This document shows positions 29,668 through 41,565 of a DNA stretch of 64,000 nt, piece after piece; the first letter of the stretch is position 1, and each line of letters opens with the position of its first letter. A program made the translations under genes and the position numbers. The notes below the pieces were generated by a model. That model saw nothing but the letters and a program-made list of their open reading frames with translations. It searched no databases and had not been told where the DNA came from. The stretch spans positions 19,770 through 83,769 of the forward strand of contig JAMCUS010000013.1 of assembly GCA_023379385.1 (NCBI GenBank), read 5' to 3'. Source of the stretch: Thermoplasmatota archaeon (GTDB lineage: Archaea; Thermoplasmatota; Thermoplasmata; Lutacidiplasmatales; JAMCUS01).

Positions 29668-30531
29668 GTGTATGATATGTTTGACAAAAAAGTATCAAAG
29701 ATGAAAGGGGCATTACCAATATTTATGTTGCTGGTTATGGCACTCTCCTTAGGGTTCCTGGGATTGGTTACCACTTTCGTATCTGTAGGGCATGTGGTTG
29801 CAAGTTCTTCCCAGAATATAAGTAACGGGGTGAGTTCTGGATTATCTGCAGGTGGCTCTGTATTTACAGAGGCTACCATTGCATTAGTTGTAGGTATTCT
29901 TTTCATAGGGGCTTTTAGCTTACAAATCGCCAGAAACTATTTTCTCAGGATTCTAGATAAGTTTACGTTAAGGCTTGGTGCGGATATCTGGTGGCTGGCG
30001 TATGTGCTTATAAGAGATGGATTGATGTTTGCTATTGTTCTTATGGGTTTTGAACTGTTTTATGTGGGTACGTATACCGATTATCCCATTGCCGTTCCAT
30101 TTATGCCGTTGGCCATAGTATTTATTGCAGCAGCCCTGGCAACGAAGCTTATTTACGACACAGATGAGAGTGAAAATGCGAATAGATTTGTATCTATCCT
30201 AATAGCGGCAGGTACTTTCCTTTATGTTATTGGTGTTGTGTTTGTAACGGAAAATATAATAGGATATGCGAATGCAAATTATACAACCACATCAACAGGT
30301 ACGATAACAACCCCAGCAGGTGGATCCAACATATGGACCTACATGTATAATACCTTCAGTTCAACGGTAAATACAACGTTAGCACTTGATAGTTTCTATG
30401 TATGTTTTGCACTGCTTTCATTGATTGCTTTGATAGTCTTTGTCTACGTAACATTCCCTGTAAAAATAGGCAGAAATGCTAAGGCTACCGACGGGCCATC
30501 AACAAGAAAAAATGTGGTGGAGGAAGAATAG
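29668..30531 (+). CDS. Uncharacterised polytopic membrane protein
   Basis: Six or seven hydrophobic segments; KFTLRLGADIWWLAYVLIRD block. Confidence 0.75.
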   Translation: MYDMFDKKVSKMKGALPIFMLLVMALSLGFLGLVTTFVSVGHVVASSSQNISNGVSSGLSAGGSVFTEATIALVVGILFIGAFSLQIARNYFLRILDKFTLRLGADIWWLAYVLIRDGLMFAIVLMGFELFYVGTYTDYPIAVPFMPLAIVFIAAALATKLIYDTDESENANRFVSILIAAGTFLYVIGVVFVTENIIGYANANYTTTSTGTITTPAGGSNIWTYMYNTFSSTVNTTLALDSFYVCFALLSLIALIVFVYVTFPVKIGRNAKATDGPSTRKNVVEEE

Positions 30532-30572
30532 AGATCCAATCAAACCCTTTATTATTATCTGTGGGTGATAAT

Positions 30573-31097
30573 ATGATAAAACATTACTTAGAGATATCCG
30601 GTCAATGTCATTCGTGTGGTGTATGCATGGATGTATGTCCTGTAAAGGCAATTGACATGACACCACCCCCGAGAGCGAGTATTGAAGGTGGAATTGATAA
30701 AAAGATATGGATGACTGAGTTTCCAATATTGACTGGCAGGTGTATAGGTTGCAAGATATGCGTTGCAGAATGCCCTTTTGACGCCATAACACTTGTAAAG
30801 GATTCGGAGATAAAACAGGAAAAGATATTGAAAAAAGATGTAAGTGATATATTTGATAGAGCCAAAAAAATGAGAAAAAGTTCAACCACCTCTCTGTCAG
30901 AAGAAAAGGACTGGAGATCCTTCCATCCACTTTCAGAGCTTACAAGAGATATTCTTAAAAGACCTGTACGCAGTTCATTTCCCCAAAAAATCGTATTTAA
31001 GCCGTGGATATCTCCCATTGCAGTCAGTGCAAATAAAAAGAAATATACCTACAAAGAGCAGTGGAAGGTATGGAGAATCATGAAATCAGATAAGTAA
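30573..31097 (+). CDS. 2[4Fe-4S] ferredoxin with basic C-terminal extension
   Basis: CHSCGVCMDVCP and CIGCKICVAECP; start placed at ATG 30573 after GGGTGA. Confidence 0.85.
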   Translation: MIKHYLEISGQCHSCGVCMDVCPVKAIDMTPPPRASIEGGIDKKIWMTEFPILTGRCIGCKICVAECPFDAITLVKDSEIKQEKILKKDVSDIFDRAKKMRKSSTTSLSEEKDWRSFHPLSELTRDILKRPVRSSFPQKIVFKPWISPIAVSANKKKYTYKEQWKVWRIMKSDK

Positions 31098-31315
31098 CAT
31101 GCTCCTACCATCCACTGAAGGAGACAGAACATCCATACAACATCATTATTTTATATTCAATTTTTTATACTTTTGCGAATGTTCACAGAAATGTTTAATA
31201 ATAAATATAAATATATATTATAAGAAATTAAGAACTTAAGAAATACATCATATACCTGTACTGTGTCTGTGAGGTGTGTTCAATATTTTAATTATCTGTG
31301 GAATGTGTTATTAAT

Positions 31316-32284
31316 ATGTTGTTGATATCTGTTATTATTACTGTTTTAAATGATAAAAGAATTGAACGTGTTGTAGACAAGCTGGAAGAGATAATTGATT
31401 GCGATAAGGTTGAGGTTATAATAACTGATGGTGGTTCCATTGATGGCACATGGGAATTGGCATTGAAGTTATCCAGCAGATATAAAAATGTCAGAGTTAT
31501 AAAAGCACCTGGAACTGTTGCATACAGCAGAAATAGAGCGATTGATATTGTTCAGGGCAGGTTTATAGCATTTATAGACGCAGATGAATACCCTGATGAT
31601 AAATGGTTAGATACTCTTTATTCTGCTATCAACAGAAATGAAAAAACTGGATTTGCAGGTGGTCCAACTCCTCCATACGAATATGAAAAATATACAATAA
31701 CTGCAAAATATTATAGTTCATACATAGACTGGTTTTATGATTCAACAGCTTCAAGAAAACCCGAAGTGATACCCATGGGTAATTCTATATGGAGACGGGA
31801 GGTATTCGAAACCGTGGGTAGACTGGATGAAACCATATCAAGTGGCGAAGACCATGATTTTGCAAATAGAGCAATTGCACATGGGTGGGAAGGCATATAT
31901 GTAAAAGAGGCGATATTATATCATGACTACACTAACCTTACAATCAGAAAATTATGGAGAAAGCAGGCAAAATATGCGATGGAGGGTATGTTTATTTACA
32001 AAAGATACAGCTCTACATATGAGACAACAAAATTAAACGTGGTTCCTTACCTTTTATTGCCCGTTTCTCTATTTCTATCCTTAATAACGTTTTTTGTTTT
32101 ACACCAAATAGCTGTTGTTTTATTTCTTTTAGGAATTGCAGATCTATTATTTCTTTTTATCTACCTGGAGATTAAAGGTATAATTCTATCCAAATACTAT
32201 ACTGGACTAAAATACGGGTGGATTGAGATCATCCGTAAATATGCCGTGTTATGGGGTGTCCTTAAGTGGTATCTCAAAATTTAA
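31316..32284 (+). CDS. Glycosyltransferase family 2 with C-terminal TM helices
   Basis: ISVIIT, DGGSIDGT, RN..FIDAD, GEDHDF motifs. Confidence 0.9.
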   Translation: MLLISVIITVLNDKRIERVVDKLEEIIDCDKVEVIITDGGSIDGTWELALKLSSRYKNVRVIKAPGTVAYSRNRAIDIVQGRFIAFIDADEYPDDKWLDTLYSAINRNEKTGFAGGPTPPYEYEKYTITAKYYSSYIDWFYDSTASRKPEVIPMGNSIWRREVFETVGRLDETISSGEDHDFANRAIAHGWEGIYVKEAILYHDYTNLTIRKLWRKQAKYAMEGMFIYKRYSSTYETTKLNVVPYLLLPVSLFLSLITFFVLHQIAVVLFLLGIADLLFLFIYLEIKGIILSKYYTGLKYGWIEIIRKYAVLWGVLKWYLKI

Positions 32285-32347
32285 AAATAAGAATAAAAAT
32301 GAATTATACATAGGTTATATATGTAAAAAAGGTATCTGGTAATACAG

Positions 32348-34837
32348 GTGAAAAATGTGAATTCTACTGATTATACTGTTGCAGGAAATGTATCTAACAA
32401 ATCCATTGAAAAGGAGTTGAAACATTCATACATAGACTATGCAATGAGCGTAATTGTAGGAAGAGCACTACCACTTGTTCTTGATGGCTTAAAACCTGTT
32501 CACAGAAGGATTCTGTATTCAATGTATGAAAGTAACACGACACATGATAAACCATATAAAAAATCTGCAAGAACTGTCGGTGACGTACTGGGTAAATTTC
32601 ATCCCCATGGTGATACAGCTGTATATGATGCCCTGGTCAGAATGGCACAACCTTTTTCCATGAGGTATCCGCTCATAGATGGTCAGGGTAATTTTGGATC
32701 CGTGGATGGAGATAATGCTGCGGCAATGCGTTATACTGAAGCAAGATTGACTGAATTTGCTGAAGAATTGCTGGAAGATATAGATAAAGGCACCGTAGGA
32801 TGGATTGATAATTTTGATAACAGTCTGAAGGAACCGCTGTATCTTCCCTCCAAGGTACCGAATTTGCTGTTAAATGGTTCCTCCGGTATCGCCGTAGGTA
32901 TGGCAACACAGATGGCACCCCATAATATTGTTGAAGTTATCAACGTTATATTGAAATATTTGGATAATGAAAATCTTGGTATTGATGATATTTTACAAAT
33001 TATGCCAGGCCCTGATTTTCCTACTGGAGGCATTATATACGGTAGAGCTGGCATAATAAGCTATTACAGGACTGGCAAAGGCACATTAACAGTCAGATCA
33101 AAAATAGAGGTTACAAAGCGTAAGGATAGAACTATCCTTGTTATAAAGGAGATTCCATATTCTCTTAATAAATCCAATCTCATTGAGAGTATCGTTACCG
33201 CTATAAGAGAGGATAAGGTACTGGGTATACAGGATGTACGAGATGAATCTGACAGAGATGGTATACACATTGTTATTGAGTTAAAGAGGAGCAGTAATCC
33301 TGATATTGTTATTAATCAATTATATAAGCATACAAGAATAGAATACAGTTTTGGTGTGAACAATGTTGTTCTTGTAGATGGTAAACCAGTAATGCTTACT
33401 ATCCTTGATCTGGTAAAACTATACGTAAAGCACAGGACTGATGTCGTCGTAAAAAGATCTGAATATACACTGAAAAAGGATAAAGAGAGGTTGAATATCC
33501 TTGATGGACTTACCATTGCAATAAATAATATTGACGAAGTTATATCAATCATAAAAAAATCAAGAGATACAGCCGAGGCAAGATTGAAATTAAAAGAAAA
33601 ATATCTTATGAATGAAGAGCAGGTCAAGGCCATTATGGAGATGAGGTTGCAGCGGTTAACTGCTCTTGAAGTTGAATCCATAAAAAAAGAGGTATCTGAT
33701 ATTAAAAATGATATTGTTAAATTAGAAACAATTTTAGGCAGTGTTGGTGAGCAGCATAAAATTATAAAAGAGGAACTTAACTATCTTTCCAGGAAATACG
33801 GAGATAAGCGGAGGACTGAGATAGCTGAAAGGGGTGAAGAGCTTCTTGAGGAGGACCTTATTCCCAATATAAAAAATTTTGTTATTTTGACTGAGAACAA
33901 CTACATCAAAAGAATACCTCTCTCCCTTTATAAAGAACAGAACAGAGGTGGCCATGGCTCAAGAACCATGGATATGAAAAAGGAGGACGCAATTCACAGA
34001 ACCATAAATGCGTATAGCCATGACAACCTGCTGCTGTTTTCCAGTACAGGGAAGGTATACCACTTTAAATGTTATAATATTCCCGAAGGTTCCAAGCAAT
34101 CCAGAGGCAAGCCAATCGTTCAGTTAATTCCATCCATAGCTGAAAATGAGAAAATTGAAGCCGTAATCCCTGTTTCTGAGATGCATGATGATAAAATAGC
34201 ACTTTTATTTTCAACAGCCAAAGGCGTTGTTAAAACCACTGTTCTCAATCAATTTAAAAATATACGGGCATCCGGTATAAGAGCTATAAAGTTAGACCCT
34301 GATGATAGAATAATATCGATAAAATCTTTTAATACTGATAAAGAAGCAAATGTGTTTATAGCTACAAGGTTGGGGTTAGCCATTCGATTCAATGTCAATA
34401 ATTTAAGGCTTATGGGTAGAGCCACAAGAGGCGTAAGAGGTATACGATTGAATGCCGGTGATGAAGTGGTCCTTGCGGAGATTACAGAGGATTCAGACTA
34501 TCTACTTGCTGTAACAACCAATGGATATGGTAAAAGAACAGCTGTATCCACCTATAGAAAGGTTCATAGAGGTGGAAAGGGAGTTAAAACAATCAAATTA
34601 ACAGATAAAAATGGCAAAATAGCAGGCATACAGATCGTTAATGACGTTCATGATGTTATTCTCTCTACCAAAAATGGAAAATCGTTGAGGAGTGCGGGGA
34701 AATCAATAAGAATAATGAGCAGAAATACAATTGGGGTACGGTTGATGAAAATAGATCCTGATGACTATATTGTGAGCATCTCCATAGATCAACCAGATAC
34801 AGAAAATAAAGATGATTTATTAAATAAATCATCTTAA
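32348..34837 (+). CDS. gyrA: DNA gyrase subunit A
   Basis: [33 protein letters not shown] catalytic Tyr, GyrA-box QNRGGHG, pinwheel repeats. Confidence 0.96.
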   Translation: MKNVNSTDYTVAGNVSNKSIEKELKHSYIDYAMSVIVGRALPLVLDGLKPVHRRILYSMYESNTTHDKPYKKSARTVGDVLGKFHPHGDTAVYDALVRMAQPFSMRYPLIDGQGNFGSVDGDNAAAMRYTEARLTEFAEELLEDIDKGTVGWIDNFDNSLKEPLYLPSKVPNLLLNGSSGIAVGMATQMAPHNIVEVINVILKYLDNENLGIDDILQIMPGPDFPTGGIIYGRAGIISYYRTGKGTLTVRSKIEVTKRKDRTILVIKEIPYSLNKSNLIESIVTAIREDKVLGIQDVRDESDRDGIHIVIELKRSSNPDIVINQLYKHTRIEYSFGVNNVVLVDGKPVMLTILDLVKLYVKHRTDVVVKRSEYTLKKDKERLNILDGLTIAINNIDEVISIIKKSRDTAEARLKLKEKYLMNEEQVKAIMEMRLQRLTALEVESIKKEVSDIKNDIVKLETILGSVGEQHKIIKEELNYLSRKYGDKRRTEIAERGEELLEEDLIPNIKNFVILTENNYIKRIPLSLYKEQNRGGHGSRTMDMKKEDAIHRTINAYSHDNLLLFSSTGKVYHFKCYNIPEGSKQSRGKPIVQLIPSIAENEKIEAVIPVSEMHDDKIALLFSTAKGVVKTTVLNQFKNIRASGIRAIKLDPDDRIISIKSFNTDKEANVFIATRLGLAIRFNVNNLRLMGRATRGVRGIRLNAGDEVVLAEITEDSDYLLAVTTNGYGKRTAVSTYRKVHRGGKGVKTIKLTDKNGKIAGIQIVNDVHDVILSTKNGKSLRSAGKSIRIMSRNTIGVRLMKIDPDDYIVSISIDQPDTENKDDLLNKSS

Positions 34838-34954
34838 TTTATTATTTATATTTGATATATATATATATATTTGTAGTTTTGTGGTAGCAATTTTGTGGTA
34901 TATTAACCATAACGAATATATACAACAACATGAACTATATAATTATTGATAATT

Positions 34955-36232
34955 ATGAAGAGGCATCATAAACGTTATAAGCGAAAGAGTGCCGTTTCTG
35001 ATATTCTTGGCAATATTCTCATATTGGCTATAACTGTTACTCTGTTCAGCACGCTATTTTACTGGGTCAGCACTATACCATCTCCACCACCCTCTATAAA
35101 AGCAGATTTTTATACACAGCTGGGATTGAAGCAGTTGAATAATGGTAATGTAGAGCTTACCTATATTCACATAATAGATATTGGAGGCAATGCACTGTAC
35201 AACAGCGGTACGATCATATATATAAGCTATGAGAACACGCCACAGTATAATAATCACTACACCATTACAGATGGTGGAATAACCAGCGGAACCTGGACGC
35301 CTGGAGAGACGTGGGTACTCACTCTACCTACCCCTATCACCAATCCCGGTTCGGTAACGACATCCATTATAGATACTTCAAAAAACGTTCTTGTATGGAG
35401 TAACCAGGATCCAGCAACCGATGTAAATTTACCACCACAGATCCTTAGCATAGGCACAAGTCCAGGTGGTGCTATAGCAATCAATTCGCAGTTTTATGTA
35501 TGGGCAAAAGTGATAAACCCCAATACCAACAGTGGTACCCTGACAGTCTCGGTTACCTTGCCTGTTCTGAGCAGTACGCCCTATACCATGACTTATTCAA
35601 CCACCCTCCAGGAATATATAAGTTCCGCAATAAATGCACCCTCTACACCGGAAACCATATCCGGATTTGTGAATGCAACAACCACCATAGGGTTGAGCAC
35701 AACCGCAGTCATATCGATTAATTTTATACAGCCCTTCTACGGACAGCCAGATCTGGTTTTTGGGGGACAGAGTGAAGGTTGGTATTGGATTTATTACATT
35801 GGTCTTCCTTACAGTATTGATTATAGCTTCAGCCAACCTATTGGAGTTACAATCTCTATAGGTAGTATACTATCTAGTAGTACTACTGTGATTACTACCC
35901 TGACAGTTAATGGAGAGGTTGTTAATACAGGCAGTGCTCCTGCACAGGATGTTGCTGTATGGATAAATGGAACAGCTACGAATGATCATTATCATCCTCC
36001 AACTACTGGAACTGTCAATTACAACGATTCATCTGCCAACGTAGCACCCACGGGACGAACTACTTTTACGTTCTCGGTAGACGTTTATACAGTGGAGACC
36101 TCTAAAAATGCTTATTCTGGAACTGTAGCTATATCTATTTATATAACATATTGGGGCTACAATACAGCTGGAAACTTTGTTGAATATCCTCCGTTAACAG
36201 GTTCTGTCACATTGACAGCTACTCCTGTGTAG
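34955..36232 (+). CDS. Large archaeal type IV pilin-like protein (DUF1628-type N-terminus)
   Basis: Class III signal peptide KRKSA/VSDILGNILILAITV; IHIIDIGG and WTPGE motifs. Confidence 0.8.
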   Translation: MKRHHKRYKRKSAVSDILGNILILAITVTLFSTLFYWVSTIPSPPPSIKADFYTQLGLKQLNNGNVELTYIHIIDIGGNALYNSGTIIYISYENTPQYNNHYTITDGGITSGTWTPGETWVLTLPTPITNPGSVTTSIIDTSKNVLVWSNQDPATDVNLPPQILSIGTSPGGAIAINSQFYVWAKVINPNTNSGTLTVSVTLPVLSSTPYTMTYSTTLQEYISSAINAPSTPETISGFVNATTTIGLSTTAVISINFIQPFYGQPDLVFGGQSEGWYWIYYIGLPYSIDYSFSQPIGVTISIGSILSSSTTVITTLTVNGEVVNTGSAPAQDVAVWINGTATNDHYHPPTTGTVNYNDSSANVAPTGRTTFTFSVDVYTVETSKNAYSGTVAISIYITYWGYNTAGNFVEYPPLTGSVTLTATPV

Positions 36233-36282
36233 TGACGTGAGTGAGAATACATTGGAAAATATTTATGTAGAAATATATTGAT

Positions 36283-39120
36283 ATGGTATTGGCAATGATA
36301 AGGTGGTATGCATTGGGTTTAAAAAATAAGCTATATCTTGTTATAACAATAATTACCTTGCTGACTCTCTCTTTATCGGGGTTAAGTGTAAAGGGAGCTT
36401 CTTTGCAGGGTGCAAATGTTAAAACATTGTGGAGTGTTCCCGCAGGCAGTAACTCTCTGAACATAACAGCCGCGGGAAATGTGCTGAATAACGGCTACAT
36501 GTCTTTTGTGGTGGTAAATAACTCTCAATATGGAAGTGAGATCTCTCTTGTAAACGGGCATAACGGAGATGTTATGTGGAATGTGAGCAGTGCAATTATC
36601 ACGGAATATATGGTGGTAAACATATCTGCTACCTTGAGAGGATTGTTAACGTTAACAGATACTGGATATCTGACACTTTATAATCTTGTCAACGGAACGA
36701 CGATATATCACAGATATTCAGTAAATACTGCTAAATATCAAAATGGAGATAATTTTATTATAGAGAAGAGTGAAAACGGATTATTGGTATATGTTCTGTC
36801 GGAGGAATCAATCAACTCAAGCGAATCCACAGGTGTAAATGAATATCTGATAAAGGCCAGTGCGTTAAATATATATAATGGAACATTTTTATGGAATATC
36901 TCGTACCCGTTCGCGGATGAATATCCCGTCTCGTTGTATAATATAATATATCCATTGCCATCAATCCCTGGATTACCATCAGGTGGTGTATTGATCTTCC
37001 CTACCTACATGAAAAATGGAAGCATATCATCGTATATTAATCTGTACAACAGCAATGGAAACCTTGTCTGGAATGTGAGCAGTTATATTTCAGGTTCATT
37101 ACAATCTGTATCAATTGGAAATTACTATTACAGCAATTCTTATAGCATTGCATATACCACCACAAATGGAAGTGGTAGCCTTGCAGTGATTGGCATAACC
37201 AACGGGACACTTCAGTACAGTAAAAAAATTCCCTATATAACACCTATTCTCAATCAGCTTGTCAGTGTATACAACTTTGAGATAAATGAGCATACTCTAC
37301 CGCTGAGTTATACAGGTATTACGTTACAAAGTTCAGAAGGATCCTCCTATTTGCTAGCAGAATACATTGGAATTGTTCCATCCTCAACAGGAAAATCTTT
37401 ACCAAATTCGTTGGTAGCTCTGGATATAGCAAACAATACCGTTGCATGGAGGACTTTTTTACCGGGTACTGTATCCATCTACACCTTTAATTATGCAATA
37501 ATACCTTCAACACTTACAGATGGGGTAACGGAGATCATAGCTGTAACGCCAGTCTTGAACTACGTATATGGTATATCTGCTGGTACAAGTGGCAATGCTA
37601 CATGGAGATTAAATTATAATTTTAAAGAATCCCTTAACTATTTCTATGCACTTTCATACGATCCGAGTTTGTACACAATAAACGGCAAACTTTCATTTAT
37701 AACTGCAAGCTATATGGGCTTTAACCACTATAACCTATCTTTCTATAATGGTATTAACGGAACATTAATGTTTAACAGAACGTTATCTGTTTCATTAATT
37801 TTTAGCTATATGGAGATCATGCCTCTATCCTATCTGTCAACCTCGGAATCCTATGCGTTCATGGGTATAGCAGAATCTCACGGTACATATAAAGATTTTA
37901 TAGATGGCTTTGATGGTAATGGATCAACTATATTCTCATTAAATACAACCGGTAATTTAGAATTGATAAACGGAACAAGTTACTATAGCTATTTTTACCC
38001 AGGCTTACATAATGGACAGTTGACTGATAATGGTAAAATAGACAATTTTATAATGTACAATTCAGAGAAAATTTACGCAATGGAGCTTAATGTAAGTAAT
38101 GTCACTCCTTTGAAAATTTTAAATTTTACATCTGTTAATGAATCAGGCATTGCACCATTAAGCGATGCATTTTATGTAAATGTGACCGGTGGCATTGCGC
38201 CTTATAACTACACATGGAGTGTTAATGGTGTGGTTTACAGTGTAACCACAGCACCCTATTACAATCACAGTTTTACGGTGTCAGGCATATACAACGTATC
38301 TGTGATGGTAAAGGATACAGTTGGCAATGTTGCCAATAGCAACAATATAATGGTAATCGTAAAATCATCCAATAGCAGTAGCAACAGCACATCAAGGTAC
38401 TACCTTATAGAAGGTATGGTTAAGAATTCAGGTGGACTTCCTGTAAGTGGGGTAAGCATAGAGGCAAGTACTGGTAATGTAACCACTTCACTATCCGATG
38501 GAGAATTCTTAATATATCTGCCGAATGGTACATGGGTGTTAACCTTCATTAAGACTGGATATGACACAGTAACAACCAATATAACAGTCAAAGGTGGATA
38601 TTCTGGTGGCATATACGTAGCAAAGATGAATAGCAGTAATGTAACATCTGTGACTACAGGGAGCAGTGTAAACAAACTCATGGATATGTACTATGTTATA
38701 ATACCTGTGATAGTAATCGTAATGGTTATTCTGATCTATCTATTTGTAATCAGTAGAAAAGAGGAGAATAAAATAAATTTCGCAGATGGATCTGCTGGAA
38801 AAGTTGTTAGCAATAGAGATAAAACTGTAAAAAAGACTGAAGTAAAAAAAGTAAAAGATAACAGACCAGTAAAAAGAAGCGTAAATGAACTCAATAAAAA
38901 TAGTGACAGGCATGTAAAGGTGAATAATACAAAGGTTGTAAAAGGAGAAGTAAAAACCGAAAGTAGCAGAGGTGAAGAAAAGAGGGTGGTGAAGAATAAG
39001 GTGACTAAAAAAACAAAGGAATGCCCCACATGTGGTGAAGTACTACCATATGAATCTGAAAAATGTACTTCATGTGGGGAGCAGTTTACGGTTGTTGTAC
39101 GAAAAGGAATTAATCCGTAG
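36283..39120 (+). CDS. Cell-surface protein: PQQ-like beta-propeller, PKD, carboxypeptidase-regulatory-like domain, TM, cytoplasmic zinc ribbon
   Basis: Repeated NGxxxW blades; GGIAPYNYTW..GIYNVSV PKD; KTGY motif; C-terminal CPTCG..CTSCG. Confidence 0.75.
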   Translation: MVLAMIRWYALGLKNKLYLVITIITLLTLSLSGLSVKGASLQGANVKTLWSVPAGSNSLNITAAGNVLNNGYMSFVVVNNSQYGSEISLVNGHNGDVMWNVSSAIITEYMVVNISATLRGLLTLTDTGYLTLYNLVNGTTIYHRYSVNTAKYQNGDNFIIEKSENGLLVYVLSEESINSSESTGVNEYLIKASALNIYNGTFLWNISYPFADEYPVSLYNIIYPLPSIPGLPSGGVLIFPTYMKNGSISSYINLYNSNGNLVWNVSSYISGSLQSVSIGNYYYSNSYSIAYTTTNGSGSLAVIGITNGTLQYSKKIPYITPILNQLVSVYNFEINEHTLPLSYTGITLQSSEGSSYLLAEYIGIVPSSTGKSLPNSLVALDIANNTVAWRTFLPGTVSIYTFNYAIIPSTLTDGVTEIIAVTPVLNYVYGISAGTSGNATWRLNYNFKESLNYFYALSYDPSLYTINGKLSFITASYMGFNHYNLSFYNGINGTLMFNRTLSVSLIFSYMEIMPLSYLSTSESYAFMGIAESHGTYKDFIDGFDGNGSTIFSLNTTGNLELINGTSYYSYFYPGLHNGQLTDNGKIDNFIMYNSEKIYAMELNVSNVTPLKILNFTSVNESGIAPLSDAFYVNVTGGIAPYNYTWSVNGVVYSVTTAPYYNHSFTVSGIYNVSVMVKDTVGNVANSNNIMVIVKSSNSSSNSTSRYYLIEGMVKNSGGLPVSGVSIEASTGNVTTSLSDGEFLIYLPNGTWVLTFIKTGYDTVTTNITVKGGYSGGIYVAKMNSSNVTSVTTGSSVNKLMDMYYVIIPVIVIVMVILIYLFVISRKEENKINFADGSAGKVVSNRDKTVKKTEVKKVKDNRPVKRSVNELNKNSDRHVKVNNTKVVKGEVKTESSRGEEKRVVKNKVTKKTKECPTCGEVLPYESEKCTSCGEQFTVVVRKGINP

Positions 39121-39128
39121 AGAATGGA

Positions 39129-39385
39129 GTGAACTCCCCCTCAGTTAAAGTTATGGTGCCTCCTATATATCATTCCCACTTGCACATCTTTACGATGTGT
39201 AGAGGTCAGAGCCATCACAACCTTTTTATTCGCTATGATAAGAGACATCCATACGTTCCGTATGTACATCTATCTTATATTCAATACAGTGTTAAGGTTT
39301 CTATCCATTACCAATTCACAGTTACCACATCTATGAATTCTCGTGGATAAGTCTTTCCTTAGCACCACGCCACAGGTTGAGCATA
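39129..39385 (-). pseudogene. tnpB: tnpB 3'-end remnant with IS200/IS605 right end
   Basis: Minus strand translates RKDLSTRIHRCGNCELVMDRNLNTVLNIR*, homologous to 3502..3771; ends CTTTAACTGAGGGGGAGTTCAC. Confidence 0.75.
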
Positions 39386-39522
39386 ATTTTTACAGTAACG
39401 AATAGGTTTGTTAATAACTTTCTATATTATGTCCTGTAAATTTTAATCAATATACATGTCTAAAAGAGTTTAAATATATGGACAATATATAAAGATTGTT
39501 AACAACTAGAGGTGTTATATAA

Positions 39523-40188
39523 TTGGTTGAAAATACTGAGGTAGATCGTATACTTCAGGTAGTAAGCAATCCCATAAGACGCAGGATTCTCATGAGGCTT
39601 GTGGAAAGCAGTGCATATCCATTACAGTTAGCAAAGGATCTCAGAGTTAGTCAGCAATCAATATCAAAACATCTTAAAATTCTTGAAAAAAACGAAGTTG
39701 TGAAGTCTCATATTGAAAAATCTAAAAGTGGAGGGCCAAAAAGAAAATATTACACGTTATCAAAAACAATATCCATGTATATAGATATAACCCCAAAATC
39801 ATTTTTTATGAAAAATCTTTCTGATAAAATTACAACCTCTGATGAGTTATATAAAACATTTATAAATGAATTAAAGGAGATAGAAAAGATAAATACAAAT
39901 GAGGAAAAGGTAAAAAAATTAAGTATGTTATCAGAGGTAATAAATAAAGAACTTAATGATCTAAGCTATAAACACAGAGATTTAACATCTATAAAAAATG
40001 AAATAAACAAATATACTGAAGAAATTATTAATGAGGTCTATGAAGCAGATAGCCTGGAACATCGCATTATGTGGTATATGGTTGATGATTGTAGTGTTAC
40101 CGTTGATGAATTGTCTGAAATGCTTGATTTAAGGGAAAAAGATATAAAAGATATTTGGAATATCCTTATGAATAAATTTTTTAGATAA
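39523..40188 (+). CDS. ArsR-family HTH regulator with coiled coil
   Basis: SNPIRRRIL..SQQSISKHLKILE..GGPKRKYY. Confidence 0.85.
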   Translation: MVENTEVDRILQVVSNPIRRRILMRLVESSAYPLQLAKDLRVSQQSISKHLKILEKNEVVKSHIEKSKSGGPKRKYYTLSKTISMYIDITPKSFFMKNLSDKITTSDELYKTFINELKEIEKINTNEEKVKKLSMLSEVINKELNDLSYKHRDLTSIKNEINKYTEEIINEVYEADSLEHRIMWYMVDDCSVTVDELSEMLDLREKDIKDIWNILMNKFFR

Positions 40189-40201
40189 GAGGTTGTTTTA
40201 A

Positions 40202-40387
40202 ATGAAAATATATACACGATTTGAAGAAGCTAGAATTATTGGTGCCAGAGCTCTGCAACTGGCCTTTGGTGCACCACCGTTGACCAAGATTGAGAATGAA
40301 ATAGTAGATCCACTGGTTATTGCTGAAATTGAATTTGAAAGAGATGTATTGCCCATAACTGTAAAGAGAGTGATGCATGGAGTTTGA
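40202..40387 (+). CDS. rpoK: RNA polymerase subunit Rpo6
   Basis: [29 protein letters not shown]. Confidence 0.96.
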   Translation: MKIYTRFEEARIIGARALQLAFGAPPLTKIENEIVDPLVIAEIEFERDVLPITVKRVMHGV

Positions 40388-40859
40388 AGTCGTACCTATT
40401 AACAAAGAGGAAAATATCAATATTATACTGGGGCAATCCCATTTTATAAAAACAGTTGAAGATATATATACTGCTCTCAAGGTCCATTTACCTGGAAGTA
40501 ATTTTTCAGTTTCTTTTTGTGAGGCATCTGGTGATAGAAAAATAAGATATGAAGGTAACGATAATGAGCTGATAAAGTTCACAAATGAAATTGCCAGATC
40601 CATTGGTGCGGGTCATAGCTTTGTTATCGCAATAAAGAATGGTTATCCAATATCTGTGTTGACTGAATTAAAAATGTTACCTGAGGTATGTAGAATTTAT
40701 GCAGCAGGTGGTAATCCCATGAAGGTTATTGTTGCAGAAGAAGGGGATCAAAGAGCAGTACTGGGTGTATTTGATGGATTTACACCCCTTGGAATTGAGA
40801 CAGGAGATGAAATTGCTAAAAGAAGGGAGTTTCTTGTAAAGATAGGATACAAGCTATAG
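40377..40859 (+). CDS. Adenosine-specific kinase / DUF355 family
   Basis: [41 protein letters not shown]. Confidence 0.88.
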   Translation: MEFEVVPINKEENINIILGQSHFIKTVEDIYTALKVHLPGSNFSVSFCEASGDRKIRYEGNDNELIKFTNEIARSIGAGHSFVIAIKNGYPISVLTELKMLPEVCRIYAAGGNPMKVIVAEEGDQRAVLGVFDGFTPLGIETGDEIAKRREFLVKIGYKL

Positions 40860-40922
40860 ATCTGTCAATCATAATCAATGAAAATGGATCTATTATTTTA
40901 AATTAAAGAATTATTCAATACA

Positions 40923-41462
40923 ATGATCTATTCAACTGAAATATTGATACCCGCTGTCATTACTACGATTCTTGTAATATCGTGGGTTTACTTTGCTATT
41001 TATATAAAAAAAATAAAGGAGGTAGCTATTGAAAGAGCCTACCAGAAATTTGAACAATGGAAAGAGGAAGCGATGGAAAAAGACCTTGACCTGTATAAAA
41101 AAAAGATTGACGAAACCCTGAATGAAAAATATAATTCTATGCTTGAATCATGGAAATTTAAGGTTGAAAGGGATATTAGAGACGACGCCATAAAGCGTTC
41201 CAAAAGCAGCATGATGGGACACATAAGCGAGCAGTTTGCACCCTACATGGCTTTTGAAAAATATAATCTTTCGCCGGCTGATGCCAGATTTCTTGGAAGT
41301 CCCATTGATTTCGTGGTGTTTAATGGAAGTTCTTTAGGAACCATTGATTCAATATTTTTTGTAGAAGTTAAAAGTGGTGATTCCATGCTTACAGGCAAAG
41401 AAAAAACACTGAAAGAGGCTGTGGATAAAGGAAAAGTGAAATGGATAAAAATCAATATTTAG
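40923..41462 (+). CDS. Membrane-anchored Holliday-junction-resolvase-related endonuclease
   Basis: DAIKRS..GHISEQFAP..DARFLGSPIDFVVF..FVEVKSG PD-(D/E)xK core; N-terminal TM. Confidence 0.85.
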   Translation: MIYSTEILIPAVITTILVISWVYFAIYIKKIKEVAIERAYQKFEQWKEEAMEKDLDLYKKKIDETLNEKYNSMLESWKFKVERDIRDDAIKRSKSSMMGHISEQFAPYMAFEKYNLSPADARFLGSPIDFVVFNGSSLGTIDSIFFVEVKSGDSMLTGKEKTLKEAVDKGKVKWIKINI

Positions 41463-41565
41463 GATCTGTTAAATAATAATGTCTTTGCCAATTTTTATAA
41501 AAATAGCAAACTGCATCTATTTATTAGCAAATTAGAAATATACAAATCATATAATCTTCATATAT

